Assembly: GCA_027593235.1 (NCBI GenBank)
Contig: JAQCIU010000053.1
Span: 1 to 14,896 of the forward strand
Direction: 5' to 3'
DNA from: Chloroflexota bacterium
GTDB lineage: Bacteria; Chloroflexota; Dehalococcoidia; UBA2979
Length of the DNA: 14,896 nt
Positions 7,820 through 14,896 of the stretch are shown here, piece by piece; the first letter of the stretch is position 1; every line of letters starts with the position of its first letter. The notes under the pieces are model-generated. The model saw only the letters and a list, made by a program, of their open reading frames with translations, did not search any database and had not been told where the DNA came from. Made by a program: the position numbers and the translations under genes.

Positions 7820-9067
7820 TTACGAGTAGCGGGCCTCCCCGGCAGCGCCGGTCGCGGTCCCTCCGGTGACGCGCCCGATCGAGGTGCGCAGGGCCTCGAG
7901 GTAGTCGGGCATCGTGGCCTCGTGGACGGGGGTGAACATCATGTGAATGCCGTTGGGGTTCACGGTGCGCCCGCAGTACCAGCCGTGCTCGTTCATGTCG
8001 GCGGCGACGGCGTGCATGTCGATCGCGTCGTGGCCGTAGGAGAGGGACCAGAGCGGCGGCTCGCCGTGGATGCGCATGCCCTCGATGTCGCGGAGGCCGG
8101 CGACGGCGACTTCCTTGGCGCGCATCGAGGACGCGGCGAGCGCGTCGTAGCCGCTCTCGCCGAGGTAGTTGAGCGCGGCCCAGGCCGCGGCGATCGCGCC
8201 GCCGGGGCGGGTGCCGGTGAAGGTGACGCCGGAGTAGAGGCCGCTTGGCCAGTCGTCGAAGGAGAAGCGCGCGTACTCCTTGAGCGCCTCGGTGCGGAAA
8301 TGGGCGCTGCTGGCGGGCTTGGCGGCAAAGCCGGACTTGTGGAGGTCGGCGGAGATCGAGGTGACGCCGGGGACGGCGAAGTCGAAGTCCGGGACGGCAT
8401 AGCCGATCCGGCGGACCGCCGGCACGAGCATTCCGCCGACGCAGGCGTCGACGTGGAGCCAGAGATCGTTGGCCGCGGCGAGGGCGCCGATCTCCTCGAT
8501 GGGATCGACGAGGCCGAGGGAGTAGGTGGGCGCCGACGCGTAGAGCCCGATGGTGTTCGGGCCGATGGCGGCGGCGAGCGCGGCGACGTCGGCGCGGTAG
8601 TCCGCGGCGACGGGGACGCGCTTCACGCTGAAGCCGAGCAGGTGGGCGGCCTTGTTCAGCGCGGGGTGGGCGGAGTGGGGCGCGACGAACTCCGGCTCGG
8701 TGATCTGCGGCTTGGTCTCGCGCGCCCACTGCCGTGCGGCAAGCAGCGATTGGAAGATGCTCTCGGTGCCGCCGGAGGTGAAGATCGAACCGGCGCCGTC
8801 GGGGGCGGAGAGCAGGCCTCGGACGATGGCGAGCACCTCGGACTCCATGCGGGCGATGCTGTGGAAGACGCGTGCGCCGAGGCCGTTCTCGACGATGTAC
8901 ATCGATTAGGCGGCCTTGAGGACCTCCTCGAGATCGTCGTTGGCGTACCAGACGTAGGCGCCGTGACGGCCGTTGCGCCAATCGAGGTCGTTGCCACGCA
9001 TGTCCTGGAGCTCGGTGGATAGCTCGGCCCAGGGACGGCCCTGCTTCGGTAGCGACACGGTGGTCAT
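7820..9067 (-). pseudogene. PLP-dependent sphingosine-1-phosphate-lyase-like (group II decarboxylase family) gene with an in-frame TAA at codon 54 (8906-8908)
   Basis: AGAAGGAG RBS then ATG 9067 (MTTVSLPKQG). The frame reads ...AAG GCC GCC TAA TCG ATG TAC... and continues through FTSGGTESI, HVDACVGG and SISADLHK (PLP Lys) to TAA at 7820. The family call is strong. Pseudogene versus sequencing error cannot be resolved here. Confidence 0.7.
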
Positions 9068-9177
9068 GAGAGCTCCTTCTGGAGTGGGACGGGCAGCGGA
9101 CGGCGCGGGCCTCGTGAGGATCAAAGGTCACACCGGGATGGGCCAACCGTCCAGCGGCGCTTGCGAGCGGACGGTCC

Positions 9178-9183
9178 TATGCT
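9178..9183 (+). promoter_or_regulatory. -10 hexamer TATGCT, 6 nt before the ctaA ATG (probable leaderless transcript)
   Basis: TATGCT-ccggtc-ATG with no Shine-Dalgarno. Confidence 0.5.
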
Positions 9184-9189
9184 CCGGTC

Positions 9190-10152
9190 ATGGCCACCGA
9201 AGCAATCGCCGCGCGCCACGGCACGGACTGGCACCGTCGCTTCCGAGGTTTCGCGTGGGCACTGCTGGTCTTCACGGTCGGCGTGATCGTGAGTGGCGAC
9301 ATCGTCCAGGCGACGGAGTCCGGGGCCGGTTGCGGTGAGAACTGGCCCCATTGCGATGGGTCGCTGATTCCGGCGATCAGCGACGCGCACACGGCGGTCG
9401 AGTTCACGCACCGGATGGCGACCACTGTCCTGAGCATTGGGTTCGTGCTGCTGGTGATCGGGGCGTGGCGGCTCTACGGGCGCGGCCACCGGGTGTGGAC
9501 CGCGACGCTCTGGGCGACCGGGTTCCTGATCGTCGAGATTCTCCTCGGGGCGGCGCTGGTGCTGTTCGGCTGGGTGGAGGACGACGCCTCGTGGGGTCGG
9601 GTGATCGCGGACGGGTTCCACGTGGTGAACACGTTCCTGTTGGCGGGATCGATCCTGGTGGTCGCCTGGTTCGCCGGCGACGGCGCGACACCGCGCCTCG
9701 ATACGTCGCGACGGGCGGACCGGATCCTGCTGTTCGCCGTTTGCACGGTGCTGCTGATCGCGATCAGCGGGACGATCAACTCGCTCGCGGACACGCTGGC
9801 GCTGTCCGATTCGGTGAACATCGACGAGACACCAATCGCCGCGATCCTCGTGAACATCCGCGGGATTCACCCGGCGCTGGCGATCACGGGCGGGATCGCG
9901 ATCTTTTACCTGATGGTGCAACTCAGCGATCTGGCGCCGGCGGGTACGACGCGATTGCTGCTGGCGGTGCAGGCGATGATCGGCGTGCAGTTCGTCGTTG
10001 GCATCCTCAACATCGCGCTGCTGACGCCGCTGGAGACACAGATCGCCCACCTGATCCTGGCGGACACGCTCTGGCTCGCGGTGATCTTGCTCGGGATGCG
10101 GATGCTGTCCGGCGCCGATTCCACCTCGGTGGCCGCGCCGGCCGGCGGCTAG
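9190..10152 (+). CDS. ctaA: Heme A synthase, COX15/CtaA family (320 aa)
   Basis: Cys pair GCGENWPHCDG, EFTHR motif, further His residues in ADGFH, IRGIH and QIAH, and about 8 hydrophobic segments. Confidence 0.85.
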   Translation: MATEAIAARHGTDWHRRFRGFAWALLVFTVGVIVSGDIVQATESGAGCGENWPHCDGSLIPAISDAHTAVEFTHRMATTVLSIGFVLLVIGAWRLYGRGHRVWTATLWATGFLIVEILLGAALVLFGWVEDDASWGRVIADGFHVVNTFLLAGSILVVAWFAGDGATPRLDTSRRADRILLFAVCTVLLIAISGTINSLADTLALSDSVNIDETPIAAILVNIRGIHPALAITGGIAIFYLMVQLSDLAPAGTTRLLLAVQAMIGVQFVVGILNIALLTPLETQIAHLILADTLWLAVILLGMRMLSGADSTSVAAPAGG

Positions 10153-10167
10153 CATCGAGGGTTTGGG

Positions 10168-10992
10168 CTAGGTCGAGGCCGTTGGCACGGCCGAGGGCGG
10201 CGCGGGCTCCGGCTGCAGGTAGACATCGAAGCGGACGGTCTTGCCTCGGAACTGGGTGTCCGGCTGGCGGCCGTCCGGGGCCTCGAGGGGGGCGCCGTTG
10301 TCGGGGCGTTTCACGACCACGCGGCGACAGCCGGTGGCGATCGCGGCGGCGAGGAGCGAAGCGCCATCGTCTTCGTCACGAACGAGCCGGGACAGCGCCC
10401 AGAGTTCCTTCTTCGGGCGAGCGCTGCGGTTCTTCGAGACGAACATCGGATCGAGGTAGATGACGTCCGGCGGCGTCTGGAGCCGTGCGAAGTAGCTGCG
10501 CGAATCGTCGGTCATGAGCTCCAGGCGCTCGACCGCGTCCATCAGGTCGGGGTAACCGAGCGCGCGGTGCACGCCGTCGACGAGAAGCGCGGCGACAACG
10601 CGGTCGCGCTCGATCGCGGTGACGCGGCAGCCGAGGAGCGCGAGCAGCATCGCGTCGCGACCGAAGCCAGCGGTCGCGTCGACGACAGTCAGCGGGACGC
10701 CGCGGTAGCCGATCGCCTTCGCGAGTAGTTCACCGCGGAGCGAGCCGGCGCGGCGGCGACGGAAGTCGCCGGACATGAAGTCGCAGTAGACCGGGCCGAC
10801 CTGGTCGTCGGTCTGGTGGAGTTCGAGACGCTCCTCGGTGACGACCAGCAGCAACTCGTAGTCGCTGGTTGGGCCCGCGACGACAGGGAGCTTCAGCAGC
10901 ACCGCGAGTTCCTCGGGGGTACCGAGCACGTCGGAACGGTCCGTCGAGGAGTAGACGGCGATCGTGGGGGTGGCGACTTCGCTGGCGACCAT
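10168..10992 (-). CDS. rsmJ: RsmJ-family 16S rRNA m2G1516 SAM-dependent methyltransferase (274 aa)
   Basis: VVDATAGFGRDA, DVIYLDPMF, RVVVKRP and the C-terminal GKTVRFDVY. Confidence 0.88.
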   Translation of the reverse strand: MVASEVATPTIAVYSSTDRSDVLGTPEELAVLLKLPVVAGPTSDYELLLVVTEERLELHQTDDQVGPVYCDFMSGDFRRRRAGSLRGELLAKAIGYRGVPLTVVDATAGFGRDAMLLALLGCRVTAIERDRVVAALLVDGVHRALGYPDLMDAVERLELMTDDSRSYFARLQTPPDVIYLDPMFVSKNRSARPKKELWALSRLVRDEDDGASLLAAAIATGCRRVVVKRPDNGAPLEAPDGRQPDTQFRGKTVRFDVYLQPEPAPPSAVPTAST

Positions 10993-10998
10993 CGATCA

Positions 10999-11004
10999 AT
11001 CGTA
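10999..11004 (-). promoter_or_regulatory. -10 hexamer TACGAT, 6 nt before the rsmJ ATG (probable leaderless transcript)
   Basis: Minus strand TACGAT-tgatcg-ATG with no Shine-Dalgarno. Confidence 0.5.
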
Positions 11005-11050
11005 TCGAGGACGACCGCAACACGGATCGTTGACGCGGATCGTTGCCGGG

Positions 11051-12679
11051 CTAGGCGCCGCCGTAGGTCAGTTCGTCGAAGAGCGCGCGTTCTTCCTCGA
11101 AGGGCGCGGGTTCGACGCGGGTGTGCGGACCGAACACCATCGTGCGGCGGTCGGCGGCGTCGTATGCGGGCCATTCGCCGATGCCCTCGTGGCTCGGGTT
11201 ACCGGAGCGGGCGAAGCCGAGCCACGCCTCCATCATCTGCGCCGAGAGCTGCTCCGCCTCCGGGCCGGTGCCGGCGAAGCGGTCCTGCGTCGGGGCGTCG
11301 AGCGTGCCCCAGACGAACGGCATTTCGAGGGAGTGGCAGGAGCCGAGGTCGCCGCGGCGGGCCGGCGACTCCCATTCGAAGAAGTGGGCGTAGGTGTTCG
11401 GCTGGTGCGCGTGCTGGAGGCCGGCCAGATGGGTATTGGCGACGCGCATGGCCTGCGTCTGGATCGCGTCGAGCATGTCGAGGTTGGTCGACGGCAGGCC
11501 GCGCGAGGAGCGCGAGGCGCGCATGACCTCGATGACGCGCTGGGCCTCGGGAGCCTGGCCGGCGGGGAGCTGGTTGCGGGTCCAGGCGACGAGGTCGTCG
11601 TCGCTGAGCGGGTCGCGCGGGCGCATGGCGTTGAACTGCTTCATCTCGTCGCGGTTGGTGCCGATCAGGATCGGCACGTTCGCGAGGTCGCCGCGTGCGA
11701 CCTGCGCCGTGGTGGGCTCGGGGATGACGGTGCCGTCGACGACGGGGCGGAAGCGCGCGCGTCCGGTGAGGGCGGCCTGGGCCTCGAGAATGCGATCGAG
11801 GGGGAGGGTGCGCAGGGACGCCGCATCCGCCTCGGCGATGCCGAGCTGCTCGAGGAGGAGGCGGGTGGTGGCGGTTGCTTCCTCGGTCGTCGCGGGATCG
11901 GCACCGCCGCCGCTTTCCATGATGGCTTTGTGGAAGAGGCCGCGTGCGGCTGGCATGGCCAGCAGCGCGCTGACCGCGCCGGCGCCGGCGGACTGGCCGA
12001 AGATCGTGACGTTGCTCGGGTCGCCGCCGAAGCGCGCGATCGCCTCGTGGACCCATTGCAGCGCGCGCAGCTGGTCGAGCTGGCCGGCGTTCGGGGTGGC
12101 GCCCCAGGCGTCGCCGCCGTGGTCGCCGAGCGCGAGGTAACCGAGCGCGCCGAGGCGGTAGTTGATGGTGACGACCACGACGTCACCTCGTTCGGCGAGG
12201 CGACCGCCGTTGAAGAGCGGCTCGGAGCCGGTGCCGTGGGTGAAGCCGCCACCGTGGATCCAGAGCATGACGGGGCGCGCGCCGCCGTCGGCGGCGGCAT
12301 TGTCCGGCGAGCCGCCTACGGCGGCGGCATTGTCCGGCGAGCCGCCTACGGCGGCGGCATTGTCCGGGGAGCCGCCTACGGCGGCGGCATTGTCCGGCGA
12401 GCCGCCTACGGCGGCGGGTGTGTAGACGTTGAGGTAGAGGCAGTCCTCGCCGCGCTGGTTGCTGGCGGCGAAGCCGGGGATCGGGTGATCGGGCTGGGCG
12501 GCGGAGGTGCCGAACTCGGTCGCCTGACGGACGCCCTGCCACGGCTCGGGAGGTTCTGGCGGGAGGAAGCGGCGATCGCCGACGGGGGGCGCGGCGAACG
12601 GGACGCCGAGGTAGGCCTGGTGCGCGGGGTGTTGTACGCCCTCGAGAGCGCCGGTGCTGGTCTGGACGATCGCGCTCAT
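11051..12679 (-). CDS. Type-B carboxylesterase (para-nitrobenzyl esterase-like, 542 aa)
   Basis: EDCLYLNVYTP, oxyanion HGGGF, NYRLG, nucleophile GQSAG, acid GTNRDE, His GSCHSLE. RBS AAGGAG at 12685-12690. Confidence 0.92.
   Translation of the reverse strand: MSAIVQTSTGALEGVQHPAHQAYLGVPFAAPPVGDRRFLPPEPPEPWQGVRQATEFGTSAAQPDHPIPGFAASNQRGEDCLYLNVYTPAAVGGSPDNAAAVGGSPDNAAAVGGSPDNAAAVGGSPDNAAADGGARPVMLWIHGGGFTHGTGSEPLFNGGRLAERGDVVVVTINYRLGALGYLALGDHGGDAWGATPNAGQLDQLRALQWVHEAIARFGGDPSNVTIFGQSAGAGAVSALLAMPAARGLFHKAIMESGGGADPATTEEATATTRLLLEQLGIAEADAASLRTLPLDRILEAQAALTGRARFRPVVDGTVIPEPTTAQVARGDLANVPILIGTNRDEMKQFNAMRPRDPLSDDDLVAWTRNQLPAGQAPEAQRVIEVMRASRSSRGLPSTNLDMLDAIQTQAMRVANTHLAGLQHAHQPNTYAHFFEWESPARRGDLGSCHSLEMPFVWGTLDAPTQDRFAGTGPEAEQLSAQMMEAWLGFARSGNPSHEGIGEWPAYDAADRRTMVFGPHTRVEPAPFEEERALFDELTYGGA
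12281..12417. repeat. 30-bp in-frame tandem repeat (4 full copies) inside the esterase
   Basis: gcggcggcattgtccggcgagccgcctacg at 12291, 12321, 12351 (one c>g change) and 12381. Encodes (AAVGGSPDNA)x4. Confidence 0.97.
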
Positions 12680-12712
12680 GGGTGCTCCTTTGTCCTCGGA
12701 GGGTCGGGGGGG

Positions 12713-12765
12713 CCTCGGAGGTTGCGCTAGCCGCGCGGGGAGGCCGGGGCCGCGGGTCGGGCGAT
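12713..12765 (-). pseudogene. Decayed copy of the acyl-CoA dehydrogenase 3' end, stop codon and downstream tail
   Basis: Manual alignment with 13527-13576 gives 47 matches in 53 columns (3 mismatches, 3 gap nt). It retains CCG CGC GGC TAG (PRG-stop). Confidence 0.7.
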
Positions 12766-12769
12766 TCTA
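12764..12769 (-). promoter_or_regulatory. -10 hexamer TAGAAT, candidate esterase promoter
   Basis: Minus strand gcgcTAGAATcgcc, about 85 nt upstream of ATG 12679. Confidence 0.45.
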
Positions 12770-12792
12770 GCGCGGGGTCGGCGGTCCTCGGC

Positions 12793-12887
12793 GGGCGTCG
12801 TCGCAAGGCGGTGGATCGCACAAGGAAAGAAGGTTGCGCTTCGCGCGCGGTGTTTTTCGGAAGACCCACCCACCAACCCTTTCTCTT
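12793..12887. repeat. Dispersed direct repeat, copy 1 (at least 95 bp)
   Basis: Ungapped match to 14802-14896 at 81/95 by manual count, with 54/59 in the core gaaggt[t/c]gcgcttcgcgcgcggtgtttttcgga[a/g]gacccaccc...ccctttctctt. Confidence 0.9.
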
Positions 12888-12917
12888 TTTCGGGGGCAAG
12901 CCCCCCGCAACCCCCCG

Positions 12918-13139
12918 GCCGCGAGGCCGCTTCGCGGCTCGCGCACGGACACGGAGAGCCGCGCTCAACGGGTCGGTACGACTCGACGGCGGATCTGGTC
13001 GGGGTCCCCTCCTGCCCCCGGCCGATTCACGGTTGGCGCAGCGGTGCGACGGGCGACGCTCCCGGGCCAACACAGAGACGACGGCAGATCCGCTCGGGGA
13101 GGCAGCCCCGCCTTCCAGCCGTGAGGCCGCTTCGCGGCT
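12918..13139. repeat. Two copies of a 22-nt hairpin motif, 200 bp apart
   Basis: gccgcgaggccgcttcgcggct (12918-12939) and gccgtgaggccgcttcgcggct (13118-13139), 21/22 identical. Both contain gccgc-ttc-gcggc. Confidence 0.8.
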
Positions 13140-13540
13140 GATGGTTGTGGGGGAAGGGTGACGCCTGCTGGTCCAACTCACGCGCGGCAGGCTCGCGACC
13201 AAACTGTCGCGGTTGGCCTTGATCGCGTGCTGGCAGGGGGCAACGGGGGGCTACTCGCCGAGTAAGCGGCGGTGGGTTGTGAAACGTCCCTGGGAAGGGG
13301 GGCCCGGCCGCTGATTCGTCGTACTCGTAACGCGCCTCACGACGCGGCGGGCTGTGGTTGGCGATGGTCCGTCGCCCGGAAGTCTCGCCGGCCACTCGCT
13401 CGGGATTCCGGTGACTGGGCGGCGCACTGATGGCGCTTGCGTACCGATCAGACGTGCTGCTGGCATAGGGCGGCCCCGGCGGTGAGGCCGGGGCCGTTGG
13501 ATTGCTGTCCGCGGGAGGCTCGTAGTCCTCGGAGGCTGGG

Positions 13541-14716
13541 CTAGCCGCGCGGGAGGCCGAGGCCGCGGGTGGCGATGATGTTGCGCTGAATCTCGGAGGT
13601 TCCGCCGGCGATGGTTGAGGAGACGGAGCCGAGGTGGGCGCGGGCGTAGCTGCCCTGCTGGGCGTCGTCGCGGGTGCTGTCCCAGATCATGCCGTAGAGG
13701 CCGAGCAACCGAAGGTTGGTCAGCGAAACGCGCTGGTTGAGTTCGGAGAGGAAGAGCTTGGCCATGGAGGCCTCGTAGTTGGGGACCATCTTGCTGTCCT
13801 GGATGGAGACGTTCAGGAAGGCGAAGAGGAAGGAGACCTGGCCCTCGATCCAGCGCTCGGTGAAGGCGTGGCGCCAAGCGGTGGTCTCACGGCCTCGGAC
13901 TTGCTCTGGCGGCGCGGACTTCGCGAGGTCGAGCGCCCTCGCGAGCGTGTGGCGCACGGCGACGTTGGAGCCGATGTCGGAGCGCTCGAAGTCGGTGAGG
14001 GTCATGCCGACGTACCAGCCGCGGTTCTCTTCGCCGATGCGGTCGCTGACGGGGACTCGCACATCCTCGAAGAAGACTTCGTTGAAGGGCTGGCGGTTGT
14101 CCATCGTGGTGAGGGGGCGGACGGAGACGCCCTGCTGGTGCATGTCGAGCATGAGCAACGAGATGCCTCGGTGTTTCGGGGCGTCAGGGTCGGTGCGGGT
14201 GAGCAGGTACATGCGGTCGGCGAACTGTGCGCCGGAGGTCCAGATCTTCTGGCCGTTGATGACGTATTCGTCGCCGTCGCGGGTGGCGCGCGTTTGCAGC
14301 GAGGCGAGGTCGGAGCCGGAGCCAGGCTCTGACCAGCCCTGTGCCCACATCACGTCGCCGCTGAGGATGCCGGGCAGCAGTTCTTGCTTCTGCTCCTCGG
14401 TGCCGTGGACCAGGAGGGTCGGGCCGAAGTAGCTGGCGCCGAGGCCGCCGACGTTGTTGAGGCCGTTCTCGGCGAGTTCCTGGTTGAGGATGAACTGCTG
14501 CTTGATGGTGAGGCCGGCGCCGCCGTACTCCGGCGGCCACGCGGGAGCGACCCAGCCGCGCTCGACGAGGGCGGCGCGCCAGTCGGCGAGGTCGTTGCGG
14601 CTGAGCGGTTCGCCGCCGGGGCCGTCGTCGCGGACGCCTTTGTGGCCGTGTTCGTTGACGAAGGAGCGGACGACTTCGCGGAATTCGGCTTCGGTGGTGG
14701 TATCGAGGAGGTCCAT
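13541..14716 (-). CDS. Acyl-CoA dehydrogenase family protein (391 aa)
   Basis: QGWSEPGSGSDLASL, INGQKIWTS, FNEVFFEDVRVP, TIAGGTSEIQRNIIA. Confidence 0.95.
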   Translation of the reverse strand: MDLLDTTTEAEFREVVRSFVNEHGHKGVRDDGPGGEPLSRNDLADWRAALVERGWVAPAWPPEYGGAGLTIKQQFILNQELAENGLNNVGGLGASYFGPTLLVHGTEEQKQELLPGILSGDVMWAQGWSEPGSGSDLASLQTRATRDGDEYVINGQKIWTSGAQFADRMYLLTRTDPDAPKHRGISLLMLDMHQQGVSVRPLTTMDNRQPFNEVFFEDVRVPVSDRIGEENRGWYVGMTLTDFERSDIGSNVAVRHTLARALDLAKSAPPEQVRGRETTAWRHAFTERWIEGQVSFLFAFLNVSIQDSKMVPNYEASMAKLFLSELNQRVSLTNLRLLGLYGMIWDSTRDDAQQGSYARAHLGSVSSTIAGGTSEIQRNIIATRGLGLPRG

Positions 14717-14729
14717 CTGGGGCTCACTT

Positions 14730-14758
14730 TCGAACGGGGTTCGATTTTTCGCATCGTA
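14730..14758 (-). promoter_or_regulatory. Candidate dehydrogenase promoter (-10 TACGAT at 14753-14758) with the palindrome TCGAAC-ggg-GTTCGA (14730-14744) in the leader
   Basis: Minus strand gcTACGATgcgaaaaaTCGAACcccGTTCGAaagtgagccccagATG. Confidence 0.45.
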
Positions 14759-14801
14759 GCGGAAAGCGGGTGTGATCGGCAGGGGTGGTGGCTGCGGGGT
14801 G

Positions 14802-14896
14802 GGGTGTCGTCGCTAGGCGGTGAAGCGCCCGTGGACCGAAGGTCGCGCTTCGCGCGCGGTGTTTTTCGGAGGACCCACCCGCCCGCCCTTTCTCTT
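14802..14896. repeat. Dispersed direct repeat, copy 2 (runs off the window edge)
   Basis: Matches 12793-12887 without gaps at an offset of 2009 bp, up to the last base of the window. Confidence 0.9.

Noticed and set aside
8906-8908. Genetic-code reassignment or Sec/Pyl recoding of the in-frame stop
   Set aside because: The codon is TAA, not TGA or TAG, and TAA is the true stop of tupC, tupA, HDOD paralogue 1 and this same gene.
9114-9131. CRP/FNR-like site GTGA...TCAC between the PLP gene and ctaA
   Set aside because: The half-sites are 10 nt apart rather than 6.
12291-12410. CRISPR array (30-bp repeats)
   Set aside because: The units are head-to-tail with no spacers, lie in frame within a gene, and no cas genes are present.
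2514-12730. Long antisense or alternate-frame ORFs (2514-4199, 7625-9022, 7761-9146, 10964-12730 and others)
   Set aside because: They are shadows of well-supported genes caused by GC-biased codon usage, with no recognisable domains.
12682-13395. Small ORFs in the esterase-dehydrogenase spacer
   Set aside because: They have no RBS or motifs and translate hairpin and repeat DNA; none resembles an integrase or transposase.
13140-13505. Riboswitch or known ncRNA in the long spacer, including the palindrome TACTCG-c-CGAGTA at 13252-13264
   Set aside because: I could not match cobalamin, TPP, SAM, Moco, SRP or RNase P cores, and short stems are expected by chance at this GC content. An Rfam/Infernal scan would be decisive.
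14731-14743. LexA SOS box
   Set aside because: The spacing is GAAC-N3-GTTC rather than N4, and the downstream gene is not a repair gene.

Overview
A very GC-rich bacterial window with 12 credible protein-coding loci; most other ORFs in the track are GC-rich shadow frames. In order: a beta-propeller-like lipoprotein (+); a ~1 kb non-coding degenerate 12-bp minisatellite; a tungstate ABC transporter operon tupABC (-) divergent from a short wHTH-only ModE-family regulator (+), with a ModE-like palindrome between them; two tandem stand-alone HDOD paralogues (-) that lack the HD metal ligands and share an identical GCCGATGATC just before their ATGs; a PLP-dependent S1P-lyase-like gene (-) broken by one in-frame TAA; heme A synthase ctaA (+); rsmJ (-); a type-B carboxylesterase (-) with a 4x30-bp in-frame insertion; an ~860-bp non-coding region; and an acyl-CoA dehydrogenase (-). 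That non-coding region holds a decayed copy of the dehydrogenase 3' end and a >=95-bp repeat that recurs upstream of the dehydrogenase. I found no rRNA, tRNA, CRISPR array, integrase or transposase. The most notable signals are this duplication or insertion scar, the HDOD pair, and tandem-repeat expansions whose unit is a multiple of 3 inside genes. All calls come from motif reading and manual alignment; no database search was run.
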